Source: Dimorphilus gyrociliatus (Eukaryota > Animalia > Annelida). From it: a DNA stretch of 64,000 nucleotides. The DNA lies in NCBI GenBank assembly GCA_904063045.1, contig CAJFCJ010000001.1, positions 2,666,001 through 2,730,000 on the forward strand. Reading direction: 5' to 3'. Every line of letters begins with the position of its first letter. Positions within the stretch are counted from its first letter, which is position 1. The position numbers and the translations under genes were made by a program. The notes below the pieces were generated by a model, which saw nothing but the letters and a program-made list of their open reading frames with translations, had not been told where the DNA came from and searched no databases. Shown here piece after piece: positions 26,801 to 38,304 of the stretch.

Positions 26801-28186
26801 GTTGTGGATTTGATGATAACTTCCAATATGATAAAAATGTTGTCAAGAATAGGATTTTAGCACTGGTAATAAATAGAGAAAAATATAAAGATCTAAAGAA
26901 ATAGGCTTTTTTATATCGACCGAGTTCGAATTTTCTTAATTTTGCAATGGTTTCTCCAAAAGCCTTTTCCCAAACATTCATCTTTATAATTTTCATTCCT
27001 CGAATTATTTCACCCATCATTTCAATTCTTTTGTCTGTTGCTCTATTTATCGTTTGCCTTTGGATACCTTCACAATAGGACAGAAAAAATCCTGTGATCC
27101 AAATAATGATTGCAACAGCAAGCACACAAACAACTACCCAACCAAAGAATGTACTGAGAATTATTAAAATAGCAATACAGATAAACGGAGCTGATAGAAT
27201 ATATAAGCAGCCTTCTATCATAGGAATTTTTTCAACATCCGAAGAAAGTAAGTTTGTTATATGACCAATTGTAAAATCTTTCGTTGACGAAGTAGAAAAT
27301 CTTAATATCTGTTGTAAAGTTTACATATACTGAGTATGCTATATGAACATTTAATAAATGTTTGTATAGAATACCTTAGAGTACATCATTGTGGAAAACG
27401 TTGTTCGTACTTTAGCACCGATAATGCTTCCAATATAGTAGAAATAATCCGATAATTGTAATGTCACAAACAAAGACACAGAAAACGATATTGCTATTCC
27501 AAGAGTAGTTAGTTTATTGGCTGGCTGATCGTTTAGAGTTACTAAATATGAGAAGTATAATCCAAAAAGAAGTGGCGTGAATATCCTACATAATTCCTGT
27601 TATGTTAATAGAGTTGTTTAAACATAGAGTAATCTTTGACAAAATATTAAGTACAAACCGATATTATATGACAAACAATGTATAGAAAGAAATTTTTCTT
27701 TTGAAAACCAAACGCCCAAATTAAAGCTTTAAGTGCTTTTAAACGTCCTTTAACCGGCCTATAACTCCTTTAAAATTGATTATTATTTTAATGATAATTT
27801 GAACAGGTAAAGAAAGCAATCAAATTGCTTATAAAGAAAAACATACCTAATATCATCGTATTGTTTTTCAATGTCATCTTCGGGAAGAAGAGGGAAGACG
27901 TCATCATCAGTTATTCTCCTTTTTCGGGATTCTCTAAAGAGATCGTTGACCCAACTATTATATCAAAATATAGTGTTAAGGATATTTAAAATATATAGTG
28001 TAAATGTAAACTGACCAAAGAAAAAATTTAGATAAAAAGTTAGCTGATGTGTATGGATGATCATCTTTTTTTCTCCTCTTTTCTATTATATATAAAAAAG
28101 TTTTTTTTATCCTTAATTAACGCTTTTTGACATAATAACTAAATTTTATTACTTGTTGCTAAAAAAGCTGCTTGTTCACTGCTCAT
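23862..28186 (-). CDS. ABCC/MRP4-like ABC transporter, tandem copy 3
   Basis: Same exon structure and NBD motifs. Start MSSEQAAFLAT at 28186. The 3' half of TMD2 is the most divergent of the three. Confidence 0.92.
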
Positions 28187-28411
28187 GTTGCAAAAATTGT
28201 AACGAACTGAAAAAATAAATCAGTACAAAGGTTATTAGACTGGCATATTTATATTAATGCTTATATTTCATTTATTTTTACATTTTTCCACTTTCCTATA
28301 AGATAGTTAATTGATATCTTACATTAATTGAATATTTTAGTAAGAACTAATTCAAAGACCCGGCTTTTCTATCTATGTGCCTTTTGAGAATATCCTTTAG
28401 TAATTTTTAGT

Positions 28412-28615
28412 GAAAATATTTTTAGAGGTAAAATTTTAGATTATAGTAATATTATAGATGATACTAGTCAATCAGTATATTTTCACTTTTTACTCTCAAC
28501 GTACGAAACTTAGTTTGTAACCCAACTTCCGGTTAAAATTGCCCGTATGGTAGTGCGAAAAAAAAAGTTTTGAAAGTTGCTATACTTTGTTTCGTTTGAA
28601 GCAGTTTATTACAAC
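28412..28615. repeat. Copy A of a ~200-bp direct repeat with promoter-like blocks (copy B at ~31031-31240)
   Basis: Shared collinear blocks GTCAATCAGTAT, TACGAAACTTAGT, ACTTCCGGTTAAAA, TGCCCGTATG and CGTTTGAAG, separated by indels. Confidence 0.85.
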
Positions 28616-28651
28616 TATTATTATACAATATATTTAATAGTATTAACAATA

Positions 28652-30088
28652 TTAATCAAACGAACAAATATAACAATCATCAAATATGTTCCCTTCCGTA
28701 TCCATTCCACCGCAAAACAGTAATAGCGGGATTTGATGTGCTCCACTTGCCGCGTTTCTTGTATCCTCTTCTGGTAATTCTGGTGGAGGTCTTGGGGTGA
28801 TATCCTCATCTTCAACTGCATTTTCCGCTAGGAGACTACTGACACTTCGTTGTGAACCAGCGGAGCTGGGTGCACTGCCAATATGGCTTCGAATTACCTT
28901 AAAAGGATTGATGCCAATATAATTTACACGGAGAGTAATGACATTAAGCAAAGAGACAAACCTCTTTAACTATATCTTTGGCTTTATCATCATTCTGTTC
29001 GTTATTTTTCCAAACATTTATATGAATTACGCAACTAGCCATATCTAATCTAGGTGGAGGACGAGGTCCATCCATAGTTATCTCAGTCCACTTTGAAGTT
29101 GCTAGATCGAAACGCCATAAATCATCAACAGCCGAACCAGAACTTGTTAAACCACCAAAAATGAACAATTTCTCTTGATAAATAACACCAGCATGAGCAG
29201 CTCTGCCGCAAGGTGTTCTACCACTACATTTAACGCTATTCCATTTATTCTTCTTTAGGTCAAGTATGTGTAGGTCGTCGTAAAATTTACTTCCAGCCAT
29301 TCCAGCATGCAGAATAACTATAATTAAATAATAAAAGTTAATACTACCGCTTATAATTAATATGAGTGTAGATTAATGATAATTAAATACTGCATGTGTT
29401 TCATTCTATCAGTTTTACAAACCTTTAGAATCGTTAATTTCAGCTAAAACATGACCGTGACGAGGTTTAGGTGTATCACCAACAATTCTTAAAACAGTCC
29501 ATACTTTTGTAGAAGAATCGAAACGATAAACTTGTCTGTCTCCTACCGGATCCGCTCCTTGATGTCCTCCGCTATAAACGTATAATATACCATTTTTTCC
29601 AACAAGACCATGACAAGTTCTTGCCGAAGGACAACTTCCAGTACATTCAATATTTTTCCATGTTTTAGTTTGAACGTTGAACTGTTGCATGTCAGTTAAA
29701 TTTTTACCAACTTGAGCTCCACCCCATACAAGCAAATCAGAATCATTAGAAGAAAAGGCGCAATGTTCGTATCTAAAGATAAATACTATAGTTAATAAGT
29801 TATATACTGTATCTTTTAATCAAATATGACAATTTACCTCCCTAAAAAGCCTACTTCATCAAGAGTATCCCATTTTAAATTGTCTAAATCTAACTCGTAT
29901 CCATCGGAGAAAGTTTCATGTGGATTTGCACCCCCAATAAATAATACTTTTCTACCCAAGGTCGTTGCAGTAAAACCTACTCTTAGAGATGGAGATTCTC
30001 CAACAGCTCCTAATAGGTACCAAACATTTTTTGTAGGATTTAAACCTACTTCTAAATATGGATATAGGTCTAATTTTGCGTTTTCCAT
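28652..30088 (-). CDS. RABEPK: Rab9 effector protein with kelch motifs
   Basis: Four exons (introns near 29835-29775, 29424-29314 and 28966-28901). Kelch repeats WYLL..GESPSLRVG, FIGGANP, PSARTCH, GADPVGD, PKPRHGH, FYDDLH, RAAHA and PPPRLD are collinear with RABEPK. Confidence 0.9.
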
Positions 30089-31030
30089 GCTTTTTTAGCC
30101 AAAACTGGAATATTTCCGTAGCTTGAATACAAATAGTTCTTTGAAGAATCCCCAAAAGTTAAAAATCGTTGATACGTTGCAGATTTTCTGTCCAAAAAAT
30201 CCTTATGTATAGTTAATGATGTATTGGAATATCTTTTTTTAATAGATGATATTTCTTCCTCTGTAAGCTCCGTGGATTTTATTTTATTCATTAAACTGAT
30301 GTATATATTGGTATTATCACTCAATATCACTCTACACTACTTAATTTTTTCCTAATTTTGAACTACCTACGCTTTCTTTCTCTTTTTTTAACAAATAAAA
30401 TATATTTTATCCAATATCTTCTTAATCTCTGTGTTAATTACGTATTTGTAAGCGAATGGATAAGAATCAACGGGTTTCAGCTTGTTTCTAACGACGCCGA
30501 GCCTTCCGAAATAATCATGAAAAAATTCTGAAAATTCAGGCCGATGATTGGCTAATTTTCATTGATAAATTTGTTTACGTTTTTCAGTTAACTCTACACT
30601 CTAGCTGGTTGTTCACCTACCAATGATTACAAAATAGACAGTCAACTTAAATCTTTAATTTATGATAACTTAATTGCAGATTTTGAAAAGTAACTTAATT
30701 AATCAGACCTTTAAGATTGAATAAATTACATAACAAAGATGTCACTCTTGCTCTTGAACAATACAAACGATCCTTATTTAAATCCTGTTTGTATTATTTT
30801 TCGGTGTCATTCATATAGTCAATGAACTGACACAAATCTTATATTTTGCATTTTTGTTATTATGCAATAGATAATAAAATGTTCAGCTGAACAAAACATA
30901 TATATATATATATAAATCTTAAAAGACAAATATGAATGATGTTTAAAAAAAATCCATTACAACTTTTTACGCTTTCTGTTTTAGCATAAACTTTACGTGA
31001 TGAATTCTTTTTTATAATCTAGATAAGTCT

Positions 31031-31240
31031 GTAGAGATAACACTGTATATTACAGTAATATTTTAAGCGATAGATGTCAATCAGTATTTTGCTACTTTCT
31101 CCTCTTGCCATACGAAACTTAGTATGTCCGAAAAAAGTATACATTTCTGACTTCCGGTTAAAAGTGCCCGTATGTTGTTGCAAATTGACAAATGAAAACA
31201 TTGCCGTATATGATTCCGTTTGAAGAAGAGTATTATAGCT
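31031..31240. promoter_or_regulatory. Copy B of the ~200-bp repeat, in the RABEPK/USP divergent promoter, with ETS site ACTTCCGG
   Basis: Lies about 130 bp upstream of the USP ATG and is homologous to 28412-28615. Regulatory role is inferred from position and motif. Confidence 0.55.
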
Positions 31241-31365
31241 TACATTTCTATTTGATTTGAAAGAGGGAAACTGCACAATTTCTCTTTCAAAATAAGATAC
31301 GGAGATTTTTCGGAAATTAATTAGTCGGCCAATCGGTCATCTGCAGGTCAATCAAGAAAAAAAAA

Positions 31366-34300
31366 ATGAGCAAATCGGAGAAGCATAGTAAACGGCCTAA
31401 ACCGACTTGTTTGTTATACGATTCAGAATTATGGAATAAATGTAAATCAAACTTGAAATTAAAGCCAGTTGGTTTGCAAAATCTTGGAAACACTTGCTTC
31501 ATCAATTCGGCTTTACAATGTTTATCGTATACTCCCGCTCTAATTGATTACTTATTCGGTTACGGACATAGGCAACAATGTAAGTTTTGTAATTATAAAT
31601 GCTTAAAGGTATAATTTTAACTAATTTATACAAAATTGTAGGTAAAATTAAAGATTATTGCTGCTTGTGTCAATTACAAAAGCTGATAGAGGAAATGGAA
31701 AATTGCAACGGTTTGGGTTTTATACCTCCTATAACAATATTTAACCGTTTAAAAGCGACTTGCAACATGGAACCGGGGCAACAACAAGATTCTCACGAAT
31801 TTCTTCGCTATCTAATAGATCGTATGAGCAACGATGCTTTATATGAATTTAAGGATTATACAGGAATCGAACGTGAAACAACTGCTATACATCAAATTTT
31901 TGGTGGCTATTTAAGGAGCGAAGTAAAATGTTACACATGTAAAAATAAATGTTTCACCTATGACCTTTTTATGGATTTATCCGTTGATGTAAAGGTAAAT
32001 TCTTTTTTTATCTTCTTTTTGTTATATAGTTTTTGTTATTGTTTTTGCGCAATCAAGATAAGAATTTCTGTATATAAATAGAGCATGAAAACTCTCGGAG
32101 AAGCTCTTAGAAAATACGTCAAACCCGAAGTGTTGAAAAATGGCAATGCTTATTATTGTCGTACCTGTCAGAGTATTATGAAAGCTAAGAAGACAATGAC
32201 AATTTACCGCGCACCTAACGTATTGACATTGCATTTCAAAAGGTGAGTCGAAGAAGAGAGCATCTACTTTTATTTATTCAAGTTAATTAATCTTATTCCT
32301 TTCTCTATCTTTTATCAACAAGATTCAAGTTTGTTAATAGACCTCAGAGAATACAAAACACTGTGGAATATAATTTGAATTTAAATATCAAAGATTTTAT
32401 GACAAAATCTAAATCTGACGATATAAACTACGAATTATACGCTGTTCTCCTCCATCATTCTCAGCACGCTAACGGAGGTCATTATACTTGCTACGTTAAA
32501 CACAACAACATTTGGTTTCATTTAAATGACGCTAAAGTTAATATCATACCAGAAGACAAGGTAATTAACGATTCGGACGCTTATGTTCTTTTCTATAAAA
32601 GATCCAAAATGAATTTCTGGGAGGCTTATTCGGATAAGAAAACTTTCTCTTGTTCAGAAGATGTAAGTAGCATAGTAGTTTTCTTTTATTTAAAAAAAAA
32701 TAAAGCATTTATTCCACTTTTTAGTCGGAATCTACAAATGATAACGTATTATCTGAAAAAGATGAACCTAAAACTTCAACTCCTATCTTGTTTAATGAAA
32801 ATAATAGTCTTCCTCTAGCTCCAGAGAGACCAAAGATATCATTTGCCATTCGCCCCCATTTTACGACAAGACTTTCAGGAGTGAAAACTTTCAACGGTCG
32901 TCTAATGACCCCAATCAGTAGTCTAATTGATGACGACAGTGATAGTGAGAAAGATGAAGGGCTCAATGAAGACAAGAATGAAAAGGAGAACTCTGAAATT
33001 GAATCTAATAGCTCAGCGACCCTTTTATCTAATTTCAATAAGACTTATGAAGAATCGTTCAAATTATTTCCGGATGCCAAAAGTTCAGACGATTTTAGCG
33101 ACGTCTGCGATCAAGTTGGAAATTTAATGAAAGATTGGTCAGAAATGCAATCACCACCCCAAGATTTTTCCTTTGACGATCAAATACCAGATTTCACAAC
33201 AGATCCTATTCTTATAGAAAGGAATGAAAAGAAAACCACTCAAGCTTCGTGGAAATCTCTCTGGGCGTCCATTGATGCAGGTTTAGATGATCAATCGAGG
33301 CAAAGTCCAACAACCGAAAAATTAATGGCTTTAAAGCAAATGGCGAAAGAAAATGCCGGTGAAATTAAAGACAATGGGGAAAGTTCTCCTCAGTCTGGTG
33401 ACGTAACCAGTTCCGTTTCTGACGCCCAAGACAAATGTTCTAGTCAAGAATGTGTAGAGGAAACCGCAGAGAAAAAGAGTATAGTTGAAAAAGATACAAA
33501 TGAAAAGAAGGACAAATTGACAAAGAAAGACAAAAATGAAACGGAACCCGTTAAGCAGAGATATCAAGAGTTCAATTTAGCTGAAAAATTAGTCCCAACC
33601 GCTAAAGTATTGCCCATAAAAAAGAAAAAGAATATAATAATTCCTGAACGATCACCCGATGTATCCAATCCAAGTAAAAAAACTACTCAAAAGTCAAAAA
33701 ACCAAGTAAAAGCAGACAAGAAACAAGATATATCAAAAAGAAAAATCAAAGACAAAACGAAGAGTAAAAAAGAAAGAAAAGATAAATATTATGATCAAAA
33801 GGAAGATGCAAATGAAAAATGTTTACAATCCGATTTGCTATTGGACGCCGTATTGTTAGAGGATGATGAAATTATACCAGATCTATTCGACTCACCAGAA
33901 TCCTCTAATCTTGAATCTTCTAAGGAGATTAACAAAAGTATATTGTGCTATAGTAATTCTACTGGTTACAGTATAGGTACTTTAGACGCTTTAAACGCTA
34001 CAAATGAAACGATGGAGAGTAATACTGAAGAGAATAGCTTAACAGATGTAGAAGGGATAAATATTGTGAGTAGAAACGCCAACGAATCTAATGCACCTAA
34101 TACCTTCGAATTTGATCAAAATCAACAGTGTGATGATACCCTACTAAAATCATCAATAGACGCTTTACGTAAGTATTAAAATCTATAGTCATGTTACTTT
34201 TTGGTAGAGCAAAAAAAAACGCTTATGTTTTCTTTATCAACAGACAAGTACCAAGATAAATTTCGTTCTTGGGAATCAAACGAAAATACTTCACAGTCTG

Positions 34301-34575
34301 TAAGTAGAATGGTTTAAATGTATAGTTTATAAGGAAGCTAAACATCTGGTATATATCTTCTGGAATTTTGTTTCATTTTCTAAACGATTTATATTAAAGT
34401 TTATTGTTTTTTATTTTGCCCTTTCATAGCGGATGTTTATTTTCGTTATTCATTAAAGAACTAATCGTTCTTTTTATTTTTATTTCAACAGGCTTTTCTA
34501 CAGAATAGATCCAGCACGCTATCGAAATATTTGTACAAAAATATCAAGAATAATTTGACAATTATTCACAAACAT
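31366..34575 (+). CDS. Ubiquitin-specific protease, USP36/USP42/USP17-like (3' end uncertain; may continue into 34879-37941)
   Basis: Cys box [54 protein letters not shown] and His box [22 protein letters not shown] long acidic/Lys-rich exon (to 34169) follows, then in-frame exons 34244-34299 and 34492-34575. Confidence 0.88.
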
Positions 34576-34878
34576 GTAACAAATAACTGGGATAAACTGG
34601 GATTTATATTTCTATGGTTATAGATTAACCATGCAGATTAATTAACGTTGTATTACGCAACGATTTAATGGAAGAACTTGGGTTATTAACAACTTGGTAC
34701 ATGTTACAAAAAGGAATAAATTGCTATATATCCTGTAACATTAAAAAAAAAAACACAATGTTGATAATAATATCAACAAAGATTGCAAAAAATCAAAATC
34801 AGAGAGCCTTTTATTGGTTTCATACAAGACGTTGGGTTTTAATAACATTCTTTTTTTATTTAATTAATAATTATTTAG

Positions 34879-37800
34879 GAAAAGGAGCAAATTCATCAAA
34901 CTCTACACGACTTAGAGGCTTTAGATCGTAGCGTTAAAAGTTTGTCAAATTCAAGAAAATTCAACGACGACAGCTTATCTGTTGTATCTGAATCTAGAGA
35001 AGAACTTGGTGGTATATTTTATAAACCAAAGACAACGTTAAGAAAGAATGGTTTAACCATTCGTAGACCCAATGGGCAAAGTTTGAAAGTTATGAACAAA
35101 AAAATGTCTGCCTTCGAAAGAACATATAAAAATCTTCAACGTCACAGCTTATGGGATGGCAAGTACTTCCAAGTGAGAGATCAGAAAACGCAAACATTTA
35201 CTTATCATAAAGAATTGAAATATGGAGAAAGGGCAAATTTAAAATCTCTTACTGTTGACCCAAACAAATACGACATAGGTCCACCTAAATTTACCAAAGA
35301 TCTCCATCACATTGAAAAATGGCTAGTAAAATCCATCATAACTCCTGGACCTCAAACTCCTACTTCTTGCTTTAATTCATTAGCAAATAATCCAGAGGGG
35401 CATCGACATATTACAAAATCAACTACAAGTGCTTTCTGCACTGTTATTAAAAAAGAACGACCAATGCAATCGGCTATTGACTTTATGACGACTGAAAGAA
35501 ATCTTAAGAGGCCAGAAACTCCTGTCGTTCAGCCTATTAAACTAATCGAAGGCAGTAATAAAGGTGCCAGTCCATTTGCGAAAAATATAGTTAAGGACAA
35601 CGACGATGTCGTGTCATTGGTAGATGAAGAAACAGGAGATGTGTTTACATTTGTTCCTATGAAAGAAACTAAAAATCCATCTTCTACTCGTTTTGAAGTT
35701 CGCAAGAATAATGATGATTTAATGGAATTTGAATTAACCCCTCATTTAGACGACTTATCTTTTCCAAAAAGTAGCAAATTACTTACTAATGACTCGACCA
35801 TTAAAACTGAAAGCATAGAAGAACAATCGAAAAACGTTGATATAACGGATGAAAATGAGATATCGGAGATTCTCTTGACCGATCTGTCTTGTCAATCAGA
35901 ATTGACTATTCATGAGGAAGAACTAGACATCTCTGGGGAAAATATTCCAAATGTAACAAAAGACCCAACAGAAAGAATTGATGAACAAGAAAATTGTAAC
36001 AATTTTATACCTAATTATTTACTCGATTCAAATGACAATGATCAAGATAACCTATTAAGTACAGAAGAGAGCGTCAAAAGCGTCTATTTTATAAAATCAG
36101 ATATTGCTTTAGAAAATCGTAAAGATTTAGAAAATGTTAAGGAAAAAAAGTTAGTATGTACATCTCAAACAACTTTACCTCGTGTACCAAAAGCAACTAT
36201 AATGAAAAACTACATGACTCGAAGTCGTGTGATGTCCTTTTCTTCATCTCCTGCTAGAAGCCATCAAGATGATGATCATGATAACAATGATGACGATGAT
36301 AATAGTAACGATAACAATAATGACAATGATAAAGAGAATGATGACGAAGTTGCTGCAATCAATGAAGATCACGCACATAGAAATAAGAGTCTCCGTATTA
36401 AGAGTGCTAAATGGGGATCTAACAGTTTTAGAACCGAATCGGCTGTAAGAAAAAAAGAAGTTGAGGCTAAGAGATTAAAAATGATAAGAGAAAATGCAGA
36501 CTATTTAAAACGCTATACACCAACATGGGCCAATAAGACGAATCTAAGTAGTATCCACACGATGGAGACTCGTAGCAAATCCAGAACGGAAGACAATAGT
36601 ATTGAAGAGATTAGACATCAATTAGGAAATACGGGGAAAAGAACAACGAAACGAAAGCTATCTGACAAACTCATACCTACTAGAGAAAAGAAAAGATGTA
36701 GATTACTGGATGATGAACAAACACCAATCTTAACGAAGGAAGAACCGTTAAATAGTAATTATCCTGACGATAATAAGCAAACGTCACCGACTTCACTCAA
36801 ACAAACTGAAAATAGCGAAAATGTCTTACATTTACCTGATCAGCCAGAAAAGGATGCTAATAATGCAAATATAATTAATAAACTACCTTCAACTCCTTTC
36901 CTAAACGATTCTTCTGTACATAAAGAAGCGGAAACAAATGCTCAACAACTTTTTAAACGAATGTACAGAGAGGAAGCGTTAATTGATGAAGAGGTTCGGG
37001 TTATTTTTTATTTTCCATTTACTTCATATTAATATTTATCAAATTACAAATTGCAGATTAAAGACAATAATCCAGATAGGCCTGTTCATAAGAATTCAGT
37101 ATCAAAGAACGAAAGTGAGAAAGAGAAAAGAACGAACGAAAATGAGTTATTGAAAAATGTAGACGTTGATCCAATCGAGAATAAAACTCAATTATTACAG
37201 CAAATAATAAATGTTAATAAACAAAAAAGTTCAAACAATCGACCTGATGATTGGAATGCTGTATCGGATTGTGGCTATTCAAGCGACGACGATTCAACAA
37301 AGAGAAATAAAGCTAATAATGAAGCAGCTGTACAATACCATAACGAATCCAAAGTTAGAGCTAAATATCGGAAACAAGGACCGTTTAAAATAGTTACGGA
37401 ATGTTGTCCTCGTAACTGTTATTTAAATATTCCATTAGAAGTGCAAAAATATCAGTATGAATTATATTATTCTAAAGATTTTAAAGAACAATCTGAACAG
37501 TTGTTGGATTACTTATCATCGGATTCGGCAAGTGTTAATTGCTCAAGAAGAAAATGGTACTATCACGTTCTTACCAAAGATAATAAGGAGGAAAGCGTTT
37601 GTAGGCATTTTCTATTGAAGATGCTGAAGATTCCATTAAAACGATTACGAACGGTTATAGAGAAAGTAAGAGCTAAGGAGAAAGGAGAGAAAAATGAGAT
37701 ACAATTGGACGATATGAGAGGACGTCACGTTAAGCGTGGCGTTCCTCCAGTCGTTTACGAAACGCTTCGTACTTTTTTCAATAGATCTGGAGCAACAACA

Positions 37801-37941
37801 CGCAATGTTTTAGAAGTATTTGGAGGTGTAAAAGAACTGTATTATGATTTTGTGTCTTACTACGAAAGTCTTCATCATTCTAAGCCAGATATAAAGCTCA
37901 ATACTTTCTTTAAAAGGTATAAACTACATTTGCCCGATTAA
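34879..37941 (+). CDS. Long low-complexity coding region ending in a Cys/His transposase-like module (separate gene or USP C-terminus)
   Basis: Phase-0 acceptor at 34878 opens the 696-aa ORF frame. A phase-0 intron 36994-37056 joins it to the 296-aa ORF. No in-frame ATG of its own near the 5' end (the ORF track starts at TTG). Confidence 0.75.
36265..36345 (+). repeat. Asp/Asn-rich coding low-complexity tract (GAT/AAT repeats)
   Basis: Encodes QDDDHDNNDDDDNSNDNNNDNDKENDD. Confidence 0.8.
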
Positions 37942-38207
37942 CTTTGCTTTTATGTCTATTTTAAAATATATATAATTATTAAAGATCGTTTTATTGCTGT
38001 TTCTAAGACGGGTAATTTATATTTTGTTTCTTCTTGCATTTTTTGTGTTTTCACTCTTATTTGTGTATATAATGGTACACATTGTTTATTGGTGTTTGTA
38101 AACTTGAGAAAACTTAATTATTAAATAAATAAATTACAGTTTTTTCGATGAATTTTAAGATCGTCCTTCAATTCCCTTTTTTTTAATAAAACTATTATAA
38201 ATACTAT

Positions 38208-38251
38208 GCTGCCACCTAGCAGGAATAAAGTTTATACCACCAGATGGCAGT
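38208..38251. promoter_or_regulatory. Divergent pair of CTCF-like motifs upstream of HPS1
   Basis: CCTGCTAGGTGGCAGC on - (38208-38223) and ACCACCAGATGGCAGT on + (38236-38251), 12 bp apart. Confidence 0.6.
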
Positions 38252-38304
38252 TTGACTTGGATTTTGGAATCATGTGATAATGCTATTAAATTACCTCGAA
38301 TGGC

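Noticed and set aside
31019-31276. 85-aa minus-strand ORF over repeat copy B
   Set aside because: The frame is not preserved in copy A because of indels, so the conservation is non-coding.
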